From IMG/VR virus record IMGVR_UViG_3300030329_003631, positions 51,047 to 71,046 of that record: DNA of 20,000 nt; one strand, given 5' to 3'. Below the pieces are notes generated by a model that worked only from the letters and a program-made list of their open reading frames with translations, was not told where the DNA came from and did not search any database. The DNA is from an uncultured virus (IMG/VR IMGVR_UViG_3300030329_003631). Lineage: Duplodnaviria; Heunggongvirae; Uroviricota; Caudoviricetes. The position numbers and the translations under genes are program-made. Of the stretch, positions 8,577 to 15,635 are shown piece after piece (the first letter of the stretch is position 1; the number at the start of each line of letters is the position of its first letter).

Positions 8577-9012
8577 TTTTAATGTGTTGTAATTCGTTTT
8601 TATATTTATCTATCTCTTTTATAACATCTTCCATTCTTTTTACAAGGATAGATAATGTGTGAGGTGTCTTTCGTGATAGTGAATCTCTTAACTTGTTATA
8701 CTTATCTGTGTATTCTTTGTGAAAGTTAACCTCTTCGTCATGTTTTTTCATATAGTGGATTATAGCGCAATGAGAAACCCCCATATACCCACCTATCTCA
8801 GTAAGTGTGAATCTCTCTTTATCTAAACCTTCTATATTATACTCTCTAACAAGAGCAATTGATAATAGTTTTTTTGCATCTATAACATCTCTAATCTCTC
8901 TTCCTTGCTTTTTAGATAATATCCTATCCATAGGAACAGATGTTATCCCAGATACTATCTTAGCTACTAACTTAACTCTGTCAGATTTATTTAAAAATAT
9001 TTTTCTACTCAT
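8577..9012 (-). CDS. DnaA domain IV (C-terminal HTH)-like protein; stop probably in the N gap
   Basis: IVSGITSVPMDRILSKK...DVIDAKKL...FTLTEIGGYMGVSHCAIIHYMKK parallels the DnaA-C pattern SLxEIGxxFG-RDHTTVxHA; ATG 9012 follows the upstream stop directly. Confidence 0.7.
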
Positions 9013-9013
9013 A

Positions 9014-9445
9014 TTAAAATTCATTTGGATCAGGTATGTATATACCCATCTCAGCCCAGTACTTTTGTATTTTCTCTTTAAAATTATTAAACTCCTTAGT
9101 ATTCATCTTAGAAGTTCTTTTTTGTCTATATATTATTATTGTCTCTCCAAACATTTCTTTCACTTCTGTTTTTAATTTCACTGCTTTATTTAAATTCCAG
9201 TCATGTATATCTTCTTTGCTATATATTTCTCCTGACTGATTTTGTATATCTACCTGTATTGTTGGTATAGCAACCCCCCAATACCAGTCATTCTGCTTGT
9301 CACTTCTCTTCTTCTTCTCTTCCTTAAGAGATATAATAATATCCTTATCTTCAAACTGACTTATTAGTTCTGAAAAGAAACTTTCATTCTTTATCATAAC
9401 TCTTCCTTTGTTAACAGTACCTTTTAAATTAACTCTGTTGCTCAT
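9014..9445 (-). CDS. NinB/Orf-like recombination protein
   Basis: KRSDKQNDWYWG...RTSKMNTKEFNNFKEKI..YWAEMGIYIPDP matches the NinB/YbcN-like RSxxQN and STSkL..kEF motifs. Confidence 0.7.
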   Translation of the reverse strand: MSNRVNLKGTVNKGRVMIKNESFFSELISQFEDKDIIISLKEEKKKRSDKQNDWYWGVAIPTIQVDIQNQSGEIYSKEDIHDWNLNKAVKLKTEVKEMFGETIIIYRQKRTSKMNTKEFNNFKEKIQKYWAEMGIYIPDPNEF

Positions 9446-9686
9446 AATAATCTTTTAGTTCTTTATAGAATAGTTTTCTTGCAATCTCCCATTTCTTGTC
9501 GTGTGTAAACTCAGGGAAACATTTACACATAAAATCATACAAATCTTTTTTTCTAACCACTTTAAAACTAGCAAACATATCAGAGCCTGCCTTTCTTATA
9601 CCTACTTTTAAACCCATAGATACCTCTTCTTTATTCCATTCCTTATTAAACACTATATACCCATCTTTTAAGTCAATTTTTTTCAA
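9429..9686 (-). CDS. Hypothetical protein
   Basis: 85 aa, TTG start overlapping the upstream stop. Confidence 0.55.
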   Translation of the reverse strand: MKKIDLKDGYIVFNKEWNKEEVSMGLKVGIRKAGSDMFASFKVVRKKDLYDFMCKCFPEFTHDKKWEIARKLFYKELKDYYEQQS

Positions 9687-10087
9687 CTACCCTTATGATC
9701 TAATCCTTCTTCAATTCTTGTGCAATTATCGTAATACTCCTGGTAGTTACCAGAGTCATGAGTACCCTTCATTATATTTCTAAAGTCAATAATCTCTTGT
9801 CTCACCTCTCCTTCTAATTTATGTCTTTTATTGTATATTTTCCCACGTAGTTCAGGAAGTTCTTCCTGTAACTTACGTCTAACTCTTCTTATAGCTGAAG
9901 AAGAAGTTAAGTTTCCATCTGCAAATATATGTAAAAAATGTAAAGCTGTTATTGATTTAGCTTTAAATCCAGCATGAATTATATCTTCTTTCCATATTGT
10001 TGCTACTAACTTGTTATCATTATCTCTCAAGTGAGGATAATTCTCTAACAGATCTTTTACTCTGTCTCCTACTTTCTTACTTATCAT
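9683..10087 (-). CDS. Hypothetical phage protein, possibly DNA-binding
   Basis: 134 aa; LLENYPHLRDNDNKL...SAIRRVRRKLQE. Confidence 0.7.
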   Translation of the reverse strand: MISKKVGDRVKDLLENYPHLRDNDNKLVATIWKEDIIHAGFKAKSITALHFLHIFADGNLTSSSAIRRVRRKLQEELPELRGKIYNKRHKLEGEVRQEIIDFRNIMKGTHDSGNYQEYYDNCTRIEEGLDHKGS

Positions 10088-10101
10088 AGTTTTTTAATTT
10101 T

Positions 10102-10148
10102 AAAAAAGGAAGGGGAGGATTAGACTGCCTAGGCGAATTCTCTCCCCT
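10102..10148 (-). terminator. Intrinsic terminator-like hairpin with large loop
   Basis: aggggag (10111-10117)/ctcccct (10142-10148) stem, followed on the minus strand by TCC and a T run. Confidence 0.55.
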
Positions 10149-10160
10149 ACCTATTTTATA

Positions 10161-10445
10161 TTACTTATCTTTTTTCTCTTCTAACTCTTTTGCTTTAGCC
10201 ATTCTCTCTTCGTCATCAGCTAAAAGTTTAGTAGCCATGTCTTTGAGTTTTAATTCAGACCAATGAAGCTCTTTCTTTGCTTCTTCTGACTCAGCAAGAT
10301 AAGTATTTTTCCACTCTATGATAGTCGAAGCTAAAATATCTCTAACTTGCGTAGTTATACCTAACAAGTCTCTAACTTGAACAGGAATGTCATAAGGAGT
10401 TTGGTCAATTTTTATCTCAACCATTTCATTTTCTTTTTTTTCCAT
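10161..10445 (-). CDS. Hypothetical helical protein
   Basis: 94-aa ORF. Confidence 0.65.
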   Translation of the reverse strand: MEKKENEMVEIKIDQTPYDIPVQVRDLLGITTQVRDILASTIIEWKNTYLAESEEAKKELHWSELKLKDMATKLLADDEERMAKAKELEEKKDK

Positions 10446-10452
10446 AATGTTT

Positions 10453-10665
10453 TTATTTATTGTTATTAATTAATTGAGTTAATATTTTATCAAAATGCTT
10501 GTCTAACATTTTGTTTGCTCTAGGACTGATGTCTGTCAATCCATCTCTTCTTCTCTCTAGTAAATGAGTACCCACTCTTCTGCAGTCACTCTCCACTAAT
10601 TCCCAAGAAAGTAAAAGTGCTCTTTCATATAATTTTATATATTTATTCCACTCTCTCTTTTTCAT
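10453..10665 (-). CDS. Hypothetical protein
   Basis: 70-aa ORF overlapping the nuclease stop. Confidence 0.6.
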   Translation of the reverse strand: MKKREWNKYIKLYERALLLSWELVESDCRRVGTHLLERRRDGLTDISPRANKMLDKHFDKILTQLINNNK

Positions 10666-11542
10666 ATTTTTCTTTGTAATAAGAACAGAACTCTCTAACA
10701 GGGCAATATCTAGTACATCTTATATCTTCTCCTTCTCTAACCTCTATACTTAAAACTTCCCCTTCTGCTCCTTTTTCTTTAATCCATCTCTCTGCATCTT
10801 CCATTGTGTCTAACACTCTCAGTGCAGTTTTTCTCTTTGGTTTTTTGATCGCATACTTAGTTGGCTTAGCCCATCTCTCTTCCTCTGTGCATATCTCCAT
10901 TTCTTCTCCTATACTGTACAAATGCTCTGCAGACTTATGTTCAATAATTCTAGTTCTTATAAATTCCTCAACCTTCTCTAAATCTCCCATTCTTATAGGT
11001 ATTTCTTGAACGGCAGTACTAGGATACTCTGCATCTCTCCTTGACTGACTTTCTGTCCAGTCTTTTAAAAGAGTTAAAATACTTAGAGAATTGACTTCTA
11101 CTTCGGGGTGATTCTTATGCATTAAATATCTATATATATTAAGCTGTGCAGTCCAGTGAGGTATTCTATCTCCAAACACAATACTCCAAACGCTAGTAAC
11201 TTTAAAATCATGTAACCCTTTTGACTCTTTATCGTATAAGTCTAGAGTCCCTCCTAGCTTAACCCCGTCTATCTCATATTCTAAGCTAACTTCACTCCAG
11301 TATCTGTCGTTGTTTTCGCAAGCCCTCTCTAATACACTGTGTGTTGCAGTACCAAAGATACTCCATATAAGTTCTGAAGCATCTTCTTTATAATCATTAT
11401 TCATTTTTAACACTCTTATTCTAGGAGAGTCTATTAGACTTGTAACTCCTATCTCTCCAACTGGAGTGTAAGTGTCATTTTTTGCTACATCTACCATTAT
11501 CTGAGGTAGGTTTTTCTTGTTTGTAATTTCTACTACAGGCAT
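10643..11542 (-). CDS. PD-(D/E)XK exonuclease, Cas4/RecB-like
   Basis: GTATHSVLE, E...GTLD, HDFK, QLNIY and C-terminal CTRYCPVREFC. Start moved to ATG 11542 to avoid overlap with the upstream gene. Confidence 0.85.
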   Translation of the reverse strand: MPVVEITNKKNLPQIMVDVAKNDTYTPVGEIGVTSLIDSPRIRVLKMNNDYKEDASELIWSIFGTATHSVLERACENNDRYWSEVSLEYEIDGVKLGGTLDLYDKESKGLHDFKVTSVWSIVFGDRIPHWTAQLNIYRYLMHKNHPEVEVNSLSILTLLKDWTESQSRRDAEYPSTAVQEIPIRMGDLEKVEEFIRTRIIEHKSAEHLYSIGEEMEICTEEERWAKPTKYAIKKPKRKTALRVLDTMEDAERWIKEKGAEGEVLSIEVREGEDIRCTRYCPVREFCSYYKEKYEKERVE

Positions 11543-11558
11543 ATCATTTTTTTTTATA

Positions 11559-11813
11559 TTATCTTCCAGTTTTTTCTTCCCATTTAGCTTCCTCAGCGTT
11601 CTCTCTCGTACGATCTTCCCACTCATAGTCTACATCAGGCTCTGGGAACCATTCATTACACTCATCGCACACATACTCTACACTTATGTCAGCGTGCTCC
11701 TTACATCTCGAACAAATATCTGTTTCTTCAATAAAGACTGCACTACAGCAATTCGTGTAGGTATCCTCTTCATAATTTGCTCCACAGCAAGGACTAACTA
11801 AATAACTACTCAT
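11559..11813 (-). CDS. Cys-rich acidic Zn-finger-like protein
   Basis: SPCCGA, TNCCSA, CSRC, CDEC. Confidence 0.7.
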   Translation of the reverse strand: MSSYLVSPCCGANYEEDTYTNCCSAVFIEETDICSRCKEHADISVEYVCDECNEWFPEPDVDYEWEDRTRENAEEAKWEEKTGR

Positions 11814-12180
11814 CTTCAGTTGTCTCTACATCATACTTAGCTAAACTCTTAGCTCCAACTACAACACCTTTATCTCTTATTAATTCATCTACTATGAATA
11901 TATCATCTCTTTTACCTCTCAAAGAGTAGGCAGTTATACTAGAGACTATTATGATAGTGTTCTTCTCTTCTTTTGGAAGTCCTACAACATTACCAAATGT
12001 AGTTGAGTTGACAGGTATATGAACACCTCCGAATGTAATTTCTTTTAAGTATTTTCTCATAACACCTGCCCTTACTGTCCCATGTCTTGGGATCTCTACC
12101 ACTCCGTTACTTGTTATCATTCTTATAGAATGAGGAGTATAGTTTAATACTTTTGTTTCTTGTTTTTCTTTTTCTTTCAT
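11806..12180 (-). CDS. Hypothetical phage protein (NxTPH-type)
   Basis: LNYTPHSI...GLPKEEKNTIIIVSSI pattern, as seen in uncharacterised phage proteins. Confidence 0.7.
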   Translation of the reverse strand: MKEKEKQETKVLNYTPHSIRMITSNGVVEIPRHGTVRAGVMRKYLKEITFGGVHIPVNSTTFGNVVGLPKEEKNTIIIVSSITAYSLRGKRDDIFIVDELIRDKGVVVGAKSLAKYDVETTEDE

Positions 12181-12183
12181 AAT

Positions 12184-12810
12184 TTAAAATATTTGAAATC
12201 CTCCACAATCTCTAAGAAAGAGACAGAAGTCTCTTACATTATCTTTATCAAAAGGATAGTTGTTTTGCCAATTTTCTCTTTCTCCATGACCTTTACAAGT
12301 CCAACATTCTACCATCTCATCAGCCTCTTTAGTGTTATCAACTAATCTGTCTGACTCATCTCCTGTGATATGATGAAGCCCTGTAGAGTTATTCTTTTTT
12401 TCCCCTGTTCCTCCACAGGTAGTACATTCTTCGTTAGGAAGATTTTTTAAATTTTCATTATATTCTTTCTCTGCTTTATCAACTTCTCCTGCGTCTAAGA
12501 GTGTTTCTAATATTCTATACATCTTTCTTGATGTCTCCATATTTATCTTACCTCCAGAGTTGCTACATCCATGTTCCATTTGTTTTTGTGTCATAACTTC
12601 GTGACAAACAGAGCAAACATAATTCCATAACGGTCTCCAATACCATACATTATTTCTAAAATACACTCCTGGATTTCTATCTGAATGTTCTCTGTAAGCA
12701 TTCCAATATTCATTTACCTCATCTCCATTTAGTGTTGTCACACATCTAGATAAGATGTCAGGCTCTTCTGTTCTTTGCGTGGGCTTAAGCCCTGTTAAAT
12801 CAAATCCCAT
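12184..12810 (-). CDS. Phage protein with inserted DnaJ-type CxxCxGxG Zn finger
   Basis: MGFDL...YFRNNVWYWRPLW core; CTTCGGTG and CWTCKGHG; ends CGGFQIF. Confidence 0.75.
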   Translation of the reverse strand: MGFDLTGLKPTQRTEEPDILSRCVTTLNGDEVNEYWNAYREHSDRNPGVYFRNNVWYWRPLWNYVCSVCHEVMTQKQMEHGCSNSGGKINMETSRKMYRILETLLDAGEVDKAEKEYNENLKNLPNEECTTCGGTGEKKNNSTGLHHITGDESDRLVDNTKEADEMVECWTCKGHGERENWQNNYPFDKDNVRDFCLFLRDCGGFQIF

Positions 12811-12828
12811 ATTTTTATTTTTTATTAT

Positions 12829-13194
12829 TTATAATCCTGACCCACTGTCTGGAGGCAGAGCTCCTGATTGTGTGTCATCTTTTAAGTTCTCCTCTCCATC
12901 TGCGTAATCTTTCTCTTCCTCTTCTGTGTCGGAAGGATAGTAATGACCCTCACCGAAAACTTCGTCTATTTTCTTTGCTAAATTCTTGTCCTTAGAAGGT
13001 ATAACTCCTTGCACATCTTCCACCATTCTATGTGGTGATATCGCTGCTACATAGGGATATACTTGAAACGGTTCAACCATACCTTCTTTTAATAAAGTTA
13101 AAGCTTGTTTCTCATTAGATGCTTCGATCTCATAATACTCAAACCTGTAAGCGTCTATCTCTCTAGTTGCCACTATTTTAAATCTCTTTGCCAT
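12829..13194 (-). CDS. Hypothetical protein with acidic tail
   Basis: 121-aa ORF. Confidence 0.65.
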   Translation of the reverse strand: MAKRFKIVATREIDAYRFEYYEIEASNEKQALTLLKEGMVEPFQVYPYVAAISPHRMVEDVQGVIPSKDKNLAKKIDEVFGEGHYYPSDTEEEEKDYADGEENLKDDTQSGALPPDSGSGL

Positions 13195-13199
13195 TGTAT

Positions 13200-13643
13200 T
13201 TATTTTTTAATGTCTTCACTTAAAGTATACACATTTTCATCTGAAAACTGAAACACATCATCAGTTATTCCGTTCACAACTTGTAAGAAAGACTTTAACA
13301 TAGCTTCATTATAAGTACCCCATACCATCTCTAAAGAAGATAGTCTACCTTTCTCTAAGGAGAATAATTCAAACCAGTTATTTTTTTCTATAAAATCTAA
13401 GTCAAACATCTTATATAGATCTGAATCTAACATCTTTCTTTTTCTTATTTGTTTTAACACATCTTCATCGTAGTAAGTCTTACCTCTTTTTGAAAACTTT
13501 AACTTACTAGAACCTGTAGCTAGAAGAACTAAGTTCTTATCATAATAAGAGAACGTTGCTACAATACCATTCTCATAAAACAAGCTCTCTTGTCTTTCTT
13601 CTCCTAAGGTTGCTTGAGAAATATTCACGTTTATTTGTTCCAT
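13200..13643 (-). CDS. Hypothetical protein
   Basis: 147-aa ORF, first gene after the intergenic region. Confidence 0.7.
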   Translation of the reverse strand: MEQINVNISQATLGEERQESLFYENGIVATFSYYDKNLVLLATGSSKLKFSKRGKTYYDEDVLKQIRKRKMLDSDLYKMFDLDFIEKNNWFELFSLEKGRLSSLEMVWGTYNEAMLKSFLQVVNGITDDVFQFSDENVYTLSEDIKK

Positions 13644-13858
13644 ATACCTTTTTTTTAAATTCTATACAATAATACAAATAATATTTATTTTACTAACACG
13701 ATTACTTATTTTATTGTTCACAAAGTTATTAACAATATTGATTCCCTTTATCAATGCAATATACAAAAAAAACGAAACAATATAAAGCGATTAGCAATTT
13801 AATGTGAGCCGATTAATGTGGATTGGTTCATTCACTATCACGTTCAATATTAAAGAAT

Positions 13859-13890
13859 AAAAAAAAGGACTATTAAAAATTAATAGCCCT
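13859..13890 (-). terminator. Intrinsic terminator (second of a tandem pair)
   Basis: aggactatta/taatagccct stem, with an A.C mismatch on plus that is G.U on minus, then a poly-T on minus. Confidence 0.65.
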
Positions 13891-13895
13891 ATTGC

Positions 13896-13936
13896 AAAAA
13901 AAAAGGGAGTGCTAGACAATTTGTCTAACACCCCCT
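13896..13936 (-). terminator. Intrinsic terminator (first of a tandem pair)
   Basis: gggagtgctagacaa/ttgtctaacacccc stem, whose mismatches are G.U on minus, followed by a T9 run on minus. Confidence 0.8.
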
Positions 13937-13958
13937 ATCAACACTAACTAACTAAAAA

Positions 13959-14312
13959 TCAGTGGTTATGAATCATAAACCTCATAGAGTTATCGCTATA
14001 AGATACTGTAATTTTTGTATTTCCTACAACAATCTTAACCTCATCTTCTGTTTGAGTGATAGATTTAATATCAGTTACAACATTAGCAGATATATTATAA
14101 CCCTTATCAGAATAGTTTTCTTTTACCCAATTATAATTTGTGTCTGGAACAATTAACTGTTCTGCTTCAAGTTTTCTTTTCTTATAGTTTCTTCTATTAG
14201 CTTCTCTAAGTTTAGCTTTGTTACGCTTGTAATACTCACGAGCATACTCATTTTTCTTTTCTCTCCTCTTCTTCTTCATATAAGAAGTGAGAGGTTTTTT
14301 TGTTTTCTTCAT
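13959..14312 (-). CDS. Basic hypothetical protein, probably nucleic-acid-binding
   Basis: KKNEYAREYYKRNKAKLREANRRNYKKRK basic helix; ATG 14312 preferred over TTG 14366. Confidence 0.65.
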   Translation of the reverse strand: MKKTKKPLTSYMKKKRREKKNEYAREYYKRNKAKLREANRRNYKKRKLEAEQLIVPDTNYNWVKENYSDKGYNISANVVTDIKSITQTEDEVKIVVGNTKITVSYSDNSMRFMIHNH

Positions 14313-14371
14313 ACTTTTGTTTTTAATAATTAAAATTAGAGATTTCTTTGTAGGTATCTCTATCAACCTAT

Positions 14372-15607
14372 TTAATCTATGTTTTCATTCCATAACTTCT
14401 CTTGATTAGGATTGTGTATTACTTCGTGTCTTTCTCTTAACCCCATCAAGTCTTTATCTGAATGTACTACAACATCTGTCCAATGATATACCTCATCATC
14501 TTCATATGAGTAATAGTAATCAGTTACTTTCTCATCTCCATAGTAAGTACCCCATACGTAAGCTTTGTTATTTAACCTCACAACACTTGCACCTGTAGGA
14601 GAAAGAAGAGCTATATCACCATCTTCCCACTCTACATCACAGTAAGGACAGAACTCTAAGTCAATATCTTGTTTATTCATCTCAACAAATTTCACATCTG
14701 AATAGCAAGAGGTACATTGTTCGTTATTAGTATAGAAGTCACTCCTCTCTACATTGCCTACACTTGAGTAGGGAGATGAGTAATCTCTAACTGTATCTCT
14801 GCTATGCCAAGCTCCTCCATAAATGTTATAACTCTTTTCCATTTTATGTTCATATTTATTCATTCCTAGAGACTTTATTAAATCATCAACGAATGACAGA
14901 CAGTCTATAGAGTCTACTATACTTACTGTCTCCTGATCTGTGTGTGGCTGATAATAACCACAACTCATGTTTACCATAGAGACATTTATACTTTCTTTTA
15001 GTTTATAGACATCTGTTGTTGCCCCATCTGCTTCCTCATATCCATGTTTAGTCATAATAGGTAAAACAACATCTTTAAACTCTTGACTTACAAGAACATC
15101 TGAATAAATACTTGTTACAAAGTCTTTATTACCTCTCCTGTCACATTGAATACAATAACCTACATCAATAAAGAAACTCTCATCTGCTTCGGAAGAGCCT
15201 AGACAACCTATCTCCTCTCCCCAAAAGAAAACTCCTTTGATATTATCTTTCTTGAGTATCATTTCTAGAGCTATCCAGATACCTGACTTGTCATCTCCAC
15301 CAACACCCACTTGTTCTCTATCGTCTTGAGAGAAAGCGAAAAGACAATCTCCTGCCTGAAAAACAGAAAAGTCTTTGTGTATGTCGTGAACGGTATCTGT
15401 ATGAGCTACAACGCAGGGATAACTCTCTCCCTGTTTTAAATCTCCTTTACACACATATATGTTATTGTTAGAAACAACAACACTAGTGTTAGGAATAGAA
15501 GATAGAAAGTTCTCTATGTACTTTATCATCAAATCTTCCTCTCTTGAAGAAGTTTGAACAGATAGAGTACTTATTAATCTTTCTATCTCTTTTTTGTTTG
15601 TTTTCAT
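14372..15607 (-). CDS. M20/M28-family zinc peptidase/amidohydrolase with C-terminal Zn ribbon
   Basis: AHTDTV, GGDDKSG, EEIGCLGS, QCDRRG, GYYQPHT; C-terminal CTSC...CPYC. Confidence 0.85.
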   Translation of the reverse strand: MKTNKKEIERLISTLSVQTSSREEDLMIKYIENFLSSIPNTSVVVSNNNIYVCKGDLKQGESYPCVVAHTDTVHDIHKDFSVFQAGDCLFAFSQDDREQVGVGGDDKSGIWIALEMILKKDNIKGVFFWGEEIGCLGSSEADESFFIDVGYCIQCDRRGNKDFVTSIYSDVLVSQEFKDVVLPIMTKHGYEEADGATTDVYKLKESINVSMVNMSCGYYQPHTDQETVSIVDSIDCLSFVDDLIKSLGMNKYEHKMEKSYNIYGGAWHSRDTVRDYSSPYSSVGNVERSDFYTNNEQCTSCYSDVKFVEMNKQDIDLEFCPYCDVEWEDGDIALLSPTGASVVRLNNKAYVWGTYYGDEKVTDYYYSYEDDEVYHWTDVVVHSDKDLMGLRERHEVIHNPNQEKLWNENID

Positions 15608-15635
15608 ACATTTTGTTTTTAGTTAGTTAATTTAG

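Noticed and set aside
6739..9024. 761-aa DnaA-IV-primase-helicase fusion as a single gene
   Set aside because: The reading frame crosses a 10-N placeholder of unknown length; two adjacent genes is the simpler reading.
12184..12810. DnaJ chaperone
   Set aside because: Only two CxxCxGxG motifs, with no J domain or HPD motif.
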